A stretch of DNA of 64,000 nt, taken from the NCBI GenBank assembly GCA_963774015.1, contig CAVZDH010000011.1:22588-86587 (forward strand). Reading direction: 5' to 3'. Source of the DNA: an uncultured delta proteobacterium. Its GTDB lineage: Bacteria; Desulfobacterota; Binatia; UTPRO1. The notes beneath the pieces are model-generated. The model was given only the letters and a program-made list of their open reading frames with translations. It was not told where the DNA came from and did not search any database. A program made the translations under genes and the position numbers. This document shows, piece after piece, positions 19,096 through 29,618 of the stretch (positions are counted from its first letter, which is position 1; every line of letters begins with the position of its first letter).

Positions 19096-22000
19096 ATGCC
19101 GACCCGCATCCTCGCCGCCGCTCTTCTGATTCTCGCGACCGCCGTCTCCGCCGCCGCGCAGGGCTCGTTCGTCAACTGGGAGAGCCCGCCCGTGCATCCG
19201 GTCGACATGACGCCGGACGGCACGACGCTTCTCGTCGTCAACACCGCCGACGACCGCCTCGAGGTCTTCACGCTCGGTGGGGCGCTGCCGGTGCACGCGG
19301 CGTCGATCCCGGTCGGCCTCGATCCGGTGAGCGTCCGGGCGCGGACGAACGGCGAGGCGTGGGTGGTGAATCGCGTCTCCGACAGCGTCAGCGTCGTCGA
19401 CCTCGCGACCCAGAACGTCCGCACGACGCTCACCGTCGGCGACGAGCCGGCCGACGTGATCTTCGCGGGCGCGCCGGCGCGGGCGTTCGTCAGCATCTCG
19501 GAGGAGAACAGCGTCCTCGTCTTCGACCCCGCGAGCCTCGCGACCGCGCCGACCACGGTCGCGATCCAGGGCAAGAACCCGCGCGCGCTCGCGACCGACG
19601 GCACGCGCGTCTACGTCGCGATCTTCGAGTCGGGAAACCGCTCGATGATCCTGCCCGCGAGCATCGTCTCGGATCCGGCGGGCCCGTACGGCGGCGTGAA
19701 CCCGCCGCCCAACAGCGGAGCGAGCTTCAATCCGCCGATCGCGGGCGGGCTCCCGACGCCGCCGCCGACCGGCCTCATCATCAACAAGGAAGGCTCCAAC
19801 TGGAAGGACGACAACCAGCACGTCTGGGACGCGCTCGTGACGTGGAACCTGAACGAGAACGACGTCGCGTCGATCCAGGTCTCGGACCTCGCGGTCGCGT
19901 ACGCGAAGAACGTCCTCAACATCAACATGGCGATCGCCGTGAACCCCGCGACCGGGCGCGTGACGCCGGTCGGCACCTACGGCCCGAACGAGCACCGCTT
20001 CGAGGAGTCGGCGCGCAACAACCTCCGCATCCGCATGGGCTTCATCGACCCGAACAACATCGGCGCAATCGCCGGCATCGTCGACTTGAACCAGCACCTC
20101 TTCCTGAACCCGCCGAACCCGCAGCTCCTGAAGACGAGCGCGACGCCCGCCGAGCGCCACATCGGCATCAGCGACCCGCGCGGCGTGGTGTGGAAGACCG
20201 ACGGCAGCGCCGTCTACGTGACCGGCATGGGCTCGAACAACGTGATCAAGGCAGCCGCCAACACCGGCGCGCGGCTCGCGACGATCGACGTCGGGCAGGG
20301 ACCGACCGGCATCGTGCTCGACGCGGCCCGGAGCCGCCTCTACGTGCTGAACCGCTTCGACGCGACCGTCTCGTCGCTCGACACGAGCACCGACACCGAG
20401 GTCGGGCGCGCGAGCTTCTACGACCCGACACCGGCCGTCATCAAAGACGGCCGGCCCTTCCTCTACGACGCGCACCTGACGTCGCAGCTCGGCAACTTCG
20501 CGTGCGCCGGCTGCCACGTCGACGCCACGCGCGACACGGAAGACTGGGACCTCGGTGACCCGCAGGGCGCGATGAAGGCGGTGAACCAGCCGTGCAACGT
20601 CGGCACCGGCCTCGTCGGCACGTGCGACGACTGGCACCCGATGAAGGGCCCCATGATGACGCAGACGCTCGTCGGCAGCGTCGGGACGGAGCCGCTGCAC
20701 TGGCGCGGCGACCGCGAGGACATGGCGGCGTTCACCGTCGGCTTCACCGGCCTGCTCGGCGCCGACGCGCCGCCGACAGCAGCCGAGATGACGAAGCTCG
20801 AGGCCTTCATCGCGACCATCCGCTTCCAACCGAATCCGCATCGCACCTTCACCGACGGCCTGCCGCCGTCGGTGCCGGGCTACGGCGGCGACCCGGCGAA
20901 CGGCGAGACGCTCTTCCTGACCGCGGCGCTCGATCAGTCGGCGACGACCTGCGTCACCTGCCACACGCTGCCGACGGGCGCGGGCGCCATCGTCGTCTCG
21001 GGGAACCTGCTCGGCGACCCGCAGACGATCAACGTCCCGCAGCTCCGCGACCTCTACAAGAAGGCCGGCCTCGACTTCACGTCGCAGACGAACAACCGCG
21101 GCTTCGGCTTCGGTCACGACGGCAGCTTCGACACCATCGTCGACTTCTTGCAGCAGTCGCGCTTCACCTTCCCCACCGGCGCGGCCGGCGACGCCGACCG
21201 CCGCGACCTCGAAGCGTTCCTCATGTGCTTCCCGACCGACACGCACCCCGCGGTCGGCACGCAGATCACCGTCGACGCCGCCAACAAAGCGACGGCGGGC
21301 GTGATCCAGCTCCTCGCCGACATGACGACGCTCGCCGACACGGGCGACGTCGGCGTCGTCGCCAAGGGCAGGCTCGGCGGCAGCGCGCGCGGGTGGGTGT
21401 ACCTGCCCGGCACCGGCACGTTCCAATCCGACCGTGCGAGCGAGGTCGCGAGCACGACGACGCTTCGGCAGGCGGCCGCGGCGAGCGGCGAGATCACCTT
21501 CACCGTCGTCCCGACCGCGACCGCGACCCGCATCGGCATCGACCGCGACGAGGACGGCTTCCCCGATCGGGACGAGCTCGACGCCGGCGCCGATCCCGCC
21601 GACCCGGCGTCGGTGCCGCCCGCCGGCGACACCGACGGCGACGGGTGGGCCGATCCGCTCGACGACTGCCCGACGGTCGCCGACCCGGCGCAGCTCGACG
21701 GCGACGGCGACGGCCTCGGCGACGTCTGCGATCCGTGCACCGGCCCGGCGCTCATGCTGAAGCCGAAGCTCACGCTCGCGAAGCTCGGCGCGCCGACCGG
21801 GAACGAAACCCTGACGTTGAGCGGCACCGCAACCGTTCCGCTCGCGCCGCCGATCGACCCCGCGACCAACGGCGTGCGCCTCCTCCTCACCACGGCGAGC
21901 GGCGCGGCGCTCCTCGACGTGACCATTCCCGGCGGCGCCAACTGGCTCGCCCACCCGACCTCGTGGAGCTATCGCAACAAGCTCGGCGTGAGCGGCATCA

Positions 22001-22233
22001 CCAAGGTCGCCATCAAGACCAGCACCAAGACGCCCGGCACGCTCAAGATGAGCGTCAAAGGCGCGCACGCAACCCTCGCGCCGACCCCCGCCGACCTCCC
22101 GCTCACGGCGACCGTCGTGATCGACGCCCCGACCGCGACCGGCGGCCAATGCGCGGCCACGTCCTTCACCGGACCGGCCCCGTCGCCGCTCTGCGCGTTC
22201 AACAAGAAGGCGACGACGCTGCGCTGCAAGTGA
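19096..22233 (+). CDS. large secreted multidomain protein: YVTN-type beta-propeller, di-haem cytochrome c peroxidase/MauG-like domain (two CXXCH), thrombospondin-type-3 Ca-binding repeats, and a C-terminal beta domain
   Basis: Signal peptide MPTRILAAALLILATAVSAAAQG, AGGAG RBS. Repeated …DG..L.V.N…D.V.V.D… blades; CAGCH and CVTCH haem motifs with …GFGFGHDGSFDT… CCP-like segment; DRDEDGFPDRDELD/DTDGDGWADPLDDC/DGDGDGLGDVCDPC TSP3-like repeats. Confidence 0.8.
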   Translation: MPTRILAAALLILATAVSAAAQGSFVNWESPPVHPVDMTPDGTTLLVVNTADDRLEVFTLGGALPVHAASIPVGLDPVSVRARTNGEAWVVNRVSDSVSVVDLATQNVRTTLTVGDEPADVIFAGAPARAFVSISEENSVLVFDPASLATAPTTVAIQGKNPRALATDGTRVYVAIFESGNRSMILPASIVSDPAGPYGGVNPPPNSGASFNPPIAGGLPTPPPTGLIINKEGSNWKDDNQHVWDALVTWNLNENDVASIQVSDLAVAYAKNVLNINMAIAVNPATGRVTPVGTYGPNEHRFEESARNNLRIRMGFIDPNNIGAIAGIVDLNQHLFLNPPNPQLLKTSATPAERHIGISDPRGVVWKTDGSAVYVTGMGSNNVIKAAANTGARLATIDVGQGPTGIVLDAARSRLYVLNRFDATVSSLDTSTDTEVGRASFYDPTPAVIKDGRPFLYDAHLTSQLGNFACAGCHVDATRDTEDWDLGDPQGAMKAVNQPCNVGTGLVGTCDDWHPMKGPMMTQTLVGSVGTEPLHWRGDREDMAAFTVGFTGLLGADAPPTAAEMTKLEAFIATIRFQPNPHRTFTDGLPPSVPGYGGDPANGETLFLTAALDQSATTCVTCHTLPTGAGAIVVSGNLLGDPQTINVPQLRDLYKKAGLDFTSQTNNRGFGFGHDGSFDTIVDFLQQSRFTFPTGAAGDADRRDLEAFLMCFPTDTHPAVGTQITVDAANKATAGVIQLLADMTTLADTGDVGVVAKGRLGGSARGWVYLPGTGTFQSDRASEVASTTTLRQAAAASGEITFTVVPTATATRIGIDRDEDGFPDRDELDAGADPADPASVPPAGDTDGDGWADPLDDCPTVADPAQLDGDGDGLGDVCDPCTGPALMLKPKLTLAKLGAPTGNETLTLSGTATVPLAPPIDPATNGVRLLLTTASGAALLDVTIPGGANWLAHPTSWSYRNKLGVSGITKVAIKTSTKTPGTLKMSVKGAHATLAPTPADLPLTATVVIDAPTATGGQCAATSFTGPAPSPLCAFNKKATTLRCK

Positions 22234-22318
22234 GGTCGGCCGGCCGACGGATCGCGGCGCGGCGCCGGCGCATTCGCATGCCGATCGAGCGCCGGCGGGA
22301 CGAACGCCGCCGCCCCGT

Positions 22319-22999
22319 TCACGGCATGAGCGTGACGATGCTCTGGGCGATCCGTTCGACCGTGCTGCGGGACGTGTTGAACACGGCGTGGTAGTGCCGC
22401 GTGTCGGCGAGCGAACAGTGGAGGAAGCGCTCCAGGAAGCGCTCGCGGCGCTGCTCGTGCTTGGTGACCAGTGCGTCGGCCTCGGCGCGGTCGACGCCGA
22501 GCCGTTCACGGATCGACTCGATTCGGTGCTCGCGCGGGGCCTCGAGGCGGAAGTGAAAACAGTTCGGCAGCTCGCCGGTGACGACCGCGCCGCCGCGTCC
22601 GACGATGATCGCGTTGCCCTCGCGCGCGATGCGGACGATGTAGCGCGCCAGGAGCGCGTACGCCTCGCTCTGGCTGCGCCAGCTGTGGACGACGTTCGCG
22701 AGGGCGTCGAGGAACGCCGGCTGGTCTCCGATGCTGCCGAACAGGCGCTCGGACAGCTTGGTCTCCCGACTGACGCGCTCGATCAGCGCCTTGTCGAAGA
22801 CCGTCCACGTCTCGCCGGTCCGCTCGCTGAGCAATGCCTGCAGCGTCTCGGCGAGCGGGTAGCCTTCGCAGCCGAACTGCCGGGACAGGGTGATGGTCGG
22901 GCTCGTCGCGCGCCGCGGCTCCTGTCGGACGCGTTCCCGGACTCCGATCCATGCGCCGAGACGGCGGTCGACGTTGGGGATCAGCTTCTGCGTCGGCAT
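22319..22999 (-). CDS. cytidylate-kinase-like family protein
   Basis: TITLSRQFGCEGYPLAETL… P-loop-like N-terminus typical of the cytidylate-kinase-like family. Immediately downstream of the receiver gene. Confidence 0.6.
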   Translation of the reverse strand: MPTQKLIPNVDRRLGAWIGVRERVRQEPRRATSPTITLSRQFGCEGYPLAETLQALLSERTGETWTVFDKALIERVSRETKLSERLFGSIGDQPAFLDALANVVHSWRSQSEAYALLARYIVRIAREGNAIIVGRGGAVVTGELPNCFHFRLEAPREHRIESIRERLGVDRAEADALVTKHEQRRERFLERFLHCSLADTRHYHAVFNTSRSTVERIAQSIVTLMP

Positions 23000-23021
23000 G
23001 TTCCTGCCCCCCTGGTGCACC

Positions 23022-23528
23022 TTACTTAGCGCCGGTGTCCCGCCAGGTCACGCCCCCGCGTTGCGCCCGGACCGGCGCGGGAGCGGTGAGCGGCGCTGCC
23101 GGGCGCGCACCAGGCACCACGGTTGCCGCCGCCGCCGGCGGCACCCCGATCCGCTCGCGCACGGCGCGGCGGGCGAGCGCGGTGCGGACGGCGTCGGCGA
23201 TCTGGCGCGGTGTGAAGGGCTTCGGGACGCGCACGTCGGCGCGCACCTCGCCGCGGGGAGCGGCGCCGTGGCGCGCGAGCGCGCTCACCTGGACGACGGC
23301 CATCGCGGCGCGCGCGGGGTCGCGACGGAGCCACTGCATGACGGCGTCGCCGTGACCCGGGGCCGCGAGGTCGAGGATCACGGCGTCGGGGCTTTCGCGC
23401 TGGAGGAGGCAGCCCGCGTGGCGCACGTCGCTCGCGATCAGCGAGCGGATGCCGACACCCGTGAGGCAGCGGCCGATCAAGGTCGCGATGTCGAGGCGGT
23501 CGGCGATGACGAGGACGGTCGCGGGCAT
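23022..23528 (-). CDS. response-regulator receiver protein with Ala/Pro-rich C-terminal tail
   Basis: VLVIADRLD…AVILDLAAPGHGD…VVQVSAL…VPKPF: receiver motifs including the K-P-F. ATG 23528 fixed by aa count from ORF 23022..24239. Confidence 0.65.
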   Translation of the reverse strand: MPATVLVIADRLDIATLIGRCLTGVGIRSLIASDVRHAGCLLQRESPDAVILDLAAPGHGDAVMQWLRRDPARAAMAVVQVSALARHGAAPRGEVRADVRVPKPFTPRQIADAVRTALARRAVRERIGVPPAAAATVVPGARPAAPLTAPAPVRAQRGGVTWRDTGAK

Positions 23529-23823
23529 CGGTGACCTGGAACAGCAAGGAAGGCGCCGATCGGCCGGCGACACCGGACGGCACACGCCGCGCCGCCGAAA
23601 CGGCTCGCCGCTGCGCGGAGTTGCGCCCGACACGCCATGGCGTCCGCTGGCGCCGAGCCGTCGGCGCGGGCGATGACCGGAGCGCTTGCACGCTCGCACG
23701 ACGCGAGCGCGGATCGTGCAGCACCGCCGCGCTCGGGTGACGTTCGAACGCGAGGCGACGGCGCCGTGCGACAGCGACGGCGGCAGGTGCGCCGCTCGGC
23801 GCGATGTGCAAGGAATCGCCGCC

Positions 23824-26800
23824 ATGACGACGCCCGGTTGGTGGGTGGCAGCCGCGTTGGCGGGGTCGTTGGCGTACGGGATCGTCCACGCCGCGTCGCC
23901 GACACCGACGCCGACGGGTCCCGTCGGCATCGAGTTCGCTCCCCAGGGGAGCGTGAAGCAGGTGCGCCAAGCGACGGCGCGCTTCGCGCATCCGATGATC
24001 GCGCTCGGCGACCCACGGGCGCCCGCGGACCCCTTCACGGTCGACTGCCCGGCGACCGTAAAGGGCACCTCGCGCTGGCTCGACAGCCGCACCTGGTCGT
24101 ACGACTTCGCCGAGACCCTTCCCGCCGGCATCCGGTGTCGCTTCACGCTCCGCCCCGACGTGCGCGCGCTCGACGGCTCCGCGATCACGCCCGGCGCGGT
24201 CTTCGCGCTCGATACCGGCGGACCGGCGATCCGCGACACCGCGCCCTACGAGGACTCGCGCTCGATCGAGGAGGACCAGGCCTTCGTCCTGGCGCTCGAC
24301 GCCGAGGTCGATCCGGCGTCGATCCCGGCGCACGTCGGCTTCGAGGTGAGCGGCCTCCCGGAGCGCATCGGCGCCCGCGTCGTCACCGGCGCCGAGCACG
24401 ACGCCATCCTCAAAACCTCGCCGCGCTTCGGACGCGGTCCGCACGTGATCGTCCGCGCGACCCAGGCGTTTCCGAACGGGGCGCACGTCACGCTCGTGTG
24501 GGGCCCGGGCGTCGCGACCACCTCCGGCATCGCCACCACCAGCGAGCAGCGCGTCGGCTTCCAAGCGCGGCCCGCGTTCACCGTGACGTTCGGCTGTCTC
24601 CGCGAGAAGCGCGGCGCCGCCTGCAATCCGGTCGGCGACATGCGGGTCGAGTTCTCCGCGCCCGTGACGCGCATCGCGGCGGAAGGCGTCACCCTCCTCG
24701 CCGCCGACGGCACGCCGCGCCCGCACGCAAAGAGCGACGAGGACGTCTCGCTCGTGAACGCGATCTCGTTTCCCGGTCCCTTTCCCGAGCGGGCGACTTT
24801 TCGCGTCGCGCTTCCCGCGGGGCTCGCCGACGAGAGCGCGCGGACGCCGGTGAACGCCGGGCGCTACCCGTTGACCGTGACGACCGGCGAGCTGCCGCCG
24901 CTCGCCAAGTTCAACGCGCGTTTCGGCATCGTCGAGTCGAAGGCGGGATCCACGCTGCCGGTCACGCTCCGCAACCTCGAGCCCGAGGCGCGCGCGCGGG
25001 TCCACGCCCTCGGCGTCACCGGCAACGTGATGCGGCTCGCGCCGGAGCAGGAAGCCGAGATCCTGCCGTGGCTGCGTCGCGTCGGCGCCGCGAGCCGCGA
25101 CGTCTCGGTGTTCGCACCGCCGGCGAAGACCACGGCGCCGCCGCGCAGCACCCGCAAGGGGGCGCAGGCGCCGCCGGCGCCGGCGCCCACCGCCCGACCG
25201 GGCACCATCAAGACCTTCACGCTCCCGAAGCCGAACGGCGAGCGCGCCTTCGAGGTCGTCGGGATCCCGTTCGAGACGCCGGGTCTCTACATCGTCGAGC
25301 TCGAGAGCGCGCGCCTCGGCGCCTCGCTGCTCGCCAAGCCGCGTCCGATGTACGTGCCGACCGCGGCGCTGGTCACCAACTTGTCGGTGCACTTCAAGTG
25401 GGGCGCCGAGCAGTCGATCGTCTGGGTGACGACGCTCGACGAGGCGCGTCCGGTGGCCGGCGCCGCGGTCACGATCCGCGACTGCAACGGCACCCTCGTA
25501 CACGCGGCGACGACCGACGCCGACGGGCTCGCGCGCATCCCCGACCTGCCCGCCTTCAGCGCGCTGCCGACGTGCCCGACGCGCGGCGTACCGGACGACG
25601 CCGTGTTCGACACCTCGCAGACGGTGGCGCTCCGGCGGCTCTACGACGGCCTCCTCGTCACCGCGCGCAGCGGCGACGACGTGAGCTTCGTGCACTCGAG
25701 CTGGGACGACGGCATCGAGCCCTGGCGCTATCAGCTCCCCGACGCCGACGAGAGCGGGGGCGCCGCCGCCCACACCATCCTCGACCGTCCGCTCTTCCGC
25801 GCCGGCGAGACGGTGCACATGAAGCATCTCTTCCGCACCAAGCGCCTGCGCGGCTTCGGCGTCGCCGCCCCCGCCGACCTCCCGACGACGCTCTCGATCG
25901 TCCACGTCGGCAGCGACGAGCACTACGAGCAGCCGCTCGCGTTCGACGCGACCGGCGTCGCCGAGAGCACCTGGGCGATCCCGCGCGAGGCGAAGCTCGG
26001 CTACTACGAGGTGCACCTCCTGAACGCCGCGATGGCGAAGGCGCGCGCCGCGAGCGAGGCGACCGGCGGCGAGGGCGAGGAGGAGTACGACAGCTCGTAC
26101 GCCAACCCCGGAGACTGGATCGCCGGCGGCTTTCGCGTCGAGGAGTTCCGCGTGCCGCTCATGAAGGGCGTGCTGCAGCTGCCGACGGGGCCGCTCATCC
26201 AGGCGACGGCGGTGCCCGTCGACCTCGCGGTGCAGTATCTCGCGGGCGGCGCCGCGAGCGGGCTGCCGGTCGTAGTGCGGGCGCAGGTGTCGCCGCGGAC
26301 GCCCGAGGCGTCGGACGACCTCGAGGGCTTCACGCTCGCCAACGGCGCGGTCACGGAGGGGCTCGTCCATCGCGGCGACGAAGAAGCGGACGAGGAGGAG
26401 ACGGCGGCCCCGAAGATCCATCAGCGCCTGACGACGACCCTCGACGCGGCCGGTACCGGGCGCGTGACGATCACCGACCTCAAGACCGGCACGACGCCGA
26501 TCTCGCTCCGCACCGAGCTCGCGTTTCGCGACCCGAACGGTGAGGTGCAGACGGTCTCCGCGACGGTGCCGATCTGGCCCGCGCAGCGGCTCGTCGCGAT
26601 CGCACCCGACGATTGGGCCGGGGCGCGCGCTACGGTCGGGGCGCGCGTCGCGGTGGTCGACGTCGCGGGCGCGCCCGTCCCGAACGCGACCGTGCAGCTC
26701 GACGCGTTCTCGCGCAAGGTCTTCTCGCACCGAACGCGCGTCGTCGGCGGCTTCTACGCCTACGACAGCACGGTCGAGACCAAGCGGCTCGGCACCGTCT

Positions 26801-29618
26801 GCCAGGGCACGACCGACGCGCACGGGATGCTGCATTGCACGGGCCCCGTCGGCACGACCGGCGACGTCGTGCTCGAGGCCTGGACGACCGACGACGCGGG
26901 CCGCCGATCCGCGGCGCACGGCGACGTGTGGGTCGCCGGCGAGGGCGGCGAATGGTGGTTCGGCGGCAGCGACAGCGATCGCATGGACGTGCTCCCCGAG
27001 CGCCGCCGCTACGAGCCCGGCGAGACCGCCCGCCTCCAGGTGCGCATGCCGTTTCGCGCCGCGACGGCGCTCGTCACGATCGAGCGCGAGGGCGTCGTCG
27101 ACGCGCGCGTCGTGCCGCTCGCCGGCACCGACCCGGTCGTCGAGGTGCCGATTCGTCCCGAGTACGCGCCGAACATGTTCGTCTCGGTGCTGGCGGTCCG
27201 CGGCCGCGTCGGCGACGTGCAGCCGACGGCGCTCGTCGACCTCGGAAGCCGACCTTCAAGCTCGGCATCGCCGAGATCCACGTCGGCTGGAGGGCGCACG
27301 AGCTGAAGGTGCGGGTCGCGGCGGAGCACCCGGTCTATCGCGTGCGCGAGACGGCGCACGTGAAGGTCGCCGTGCGCAGCGCCGACGGGACGCCGCTCGC
27401 GCCCGGGAGCGAGATCGCGCTCGCCGCCGTCGACGAAGGGCTGCTCGAGCTCGCGCCGAACAACAGCTGGAATCTGCTCGACGCGATGATGGGCCGGCGC
27501 GGCTACGGCGTCACGACCGCGACGGCGCAGATGCAGGTCATCGGCAAGCGGCACTACGGCCTCAAGGCGCTGCCGCACGGCGGCGGCGGCGGACGGAGCG
27601 CCACCCGCGAGCTGTTCGACACGCTTCTGCTGTGGAACGGGCGCGTGCCGCTCGACGCGCGCGGGCGCGCGACCGTCGACGTGCCGCTGAACGACTCGCT
27701 CACCAGCTTCCGCATCGTCGCGGTCGCGGAGAGCGGCCTCGACCGCTTCGGCACCGGCGGCACCTCGATCCGCTCGACGCAGGACCTGATGATCCTCCCG
27801 GGCCTGGCGCCGCTGGTGCGCGAAGGCGACCGCTTCCGCGCCGAGTTCACCGTCCGCAACACGACCGCGCACCCGTTGGAGCTGGCGCTCGCCGGCACGA
27901 TCGACGGGGTCGCGACGCTCCCCGAGCAGCACGTGACGCTCGCCGCGGGCGCGGCACAGGTGGTCGGCTGGGACGTGACCATCCCGGTCGGCGTCGACCA
28001 CCTCACGTACACCATCACCGCGACGGCCAAGGGTGCGCGGGCCGACGAGGTGCGCGCGGTGCAGCAGGTGCGCCCGGCGGTGCCGGTGCGGACGCTGCAG
28101 GCGACGCTCGTGCAGCTCGACGCGAACGGCGTCCGCCAAGCGCTCGCGCGCCCCGCCGACGCGCTCCCGGACCGCGGCGGCGTACGCGTCACGCTCGCGC
28201 CGAGCCTCGCGGCCGGGCTCGACGGCGTGCGCGAGGCGATGCGCCGGTATCCGTATCGCTGCCTCGAGCAGCGCGTGTCGCGCGCCGTCGCCCTCCGCGA
28301 CGCGGGGCTCTGGCACGAGATCGCGACCGCCCTGCCCTCCTATGCGGACGCGAACGGGCTGCTCAAGTACTTCCCGACGAGCGAGTCGGGCAGCGAGGTG
28401 CTGACCGCGTACGTGCTGTCGATCGCGACCGCCGCGCGACTCGAGCTCCCCGAGCGGGTGCGAACCAACATGGAAGAGGGGCTGCGTCGCTTCGTGAGCG
28501 GCACCCTCGCGACCGCGCCGCCGCTCAGGACGGCGGACCTGGCGCTCCGCAAGCTCGCGGCGCTCGAGGCGCTCTCGCGGGTCGGCGCCGTCGAGCCCGC
28601 GCTGATGAGCACGGTCACCTTCGAGCCCGCGGCCTGGCCGACGTCGGCGCTGATCGACTGGTGGAGCGTGCTGCACCGGATCGCGAAGCGGCCCGACCCG
28701 GCGCGCCTCGCCGAGGTCGAGCAGCAGCTGCGCGCGCGGCTCCGGGTCGGCGGCACGAGCCTCTCCTTCTCGACCGAGGACGGCGACCGCCTCTACTGGT
28801 TGATGAGCGACCCGGACGTGAACGCGGTGCGCCTCGTGCTGACGCTCCTCGAGCACGGCGCGTGGCGCGACGAGCTGCCGCGGATGGTCGCGGGCGCGCT
28901 CGGCCGGCAACGGCGCGGCGCGTGGTCGACGACGGTCGCGAACGCGTGGGGCACGCTCGCGATCGAGAAGTTCGCCGCCGCCTTCGAGACCGCGCCGGTC
29001 GCCGGCACGGCGCGTGCGACGCTCGCCGGCGCGGAGCGCACCCTCGACTGGAGCACCATGCCGGCGGGCGCGAGCCTCGCGCTGCCGTGGCCGAGCGGCG
29101 GCAGCGGCGAGCTGGTGGTGCAGCAGAGCGGCAGCGGCCGGCCCTGGGCGACGATCGCGACGCGCGCCGCGATGCCGCTGACGCAGCCGCTCGCCGCGGG
29201 CTATCGCATCACCAAGACGGTGACGCCGGTCGAGACCCGCACCGCCGGCCGGACGAGTCGCGGCGACGTGCTGCGCGTCCGGCTCGACATCGACGCCGAT
29301 CGCGACATGACGTGGGTGGTCGTCGACGACCCGATCCCCGCGGGCGCGTCGCACGTCGGCACGGGCCTCGGCGGCGACGCCATGCTCGCGAACGGCACGA
29401 CGCCGCCCGACGGTCCGACCCCGGTCTTCGTCGAGCGGGCCTTCGACGGCTTCCGCGCCTACTACGAGTTCGTGCCGAAAGGCCGCCTCACGATCGAGTA
29501 CACGCTGCGGCTGAGCCAGGCGGGCCACTTCGCGTTGCCGCCGACGCGGGTGGAAGCGCTCTACGCGCCCGACATCTTCGGCGAGATCCCGAACCCGGCG
29601 CTCGACGTCGCACCGTGA
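23824..29618 (+). CDS. bacterial alpha-2-macroglobulin, ECAM/YfhM type with CLEQ thioester; one frameshift near 27246
   Basis: Signal peptide MTTPGWWVAAALAGSLAYGIVHAA. MG-domain architecture. …RYPYRCLEQRVSRAV… thioester motif in the downstream frame. The protein continues from ORF 23686..27306 into ORF 26613..29618 (…LVDLGS|KPTFKLGIAEIHVGW…), implying a ±1-nt indel at ~27240-27250. Confidence 0.75.

Noticed and set aside
21540-21740. Periodic D-x-D-x-D-G repeats that could be mistaken for a CRISPR array or tandem DNA repeat
   Set aside because: They are in-frame TSP3-type calcium-binding repeats inside the large secreted-protein gene. The spacing is irregular at the DNA level and there are no direct repeats of CRISPR length.
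18916-22509. 1197-aa ORF on the minus strand opposite the large secreted-protein gene
   Set aside because: Arg/Ala/Gly-rich low-complexity translation typical of a high-GC antisense shadow frame. No start context. The plus-strand gene has a signal peptide, RBS and recognisable domains.
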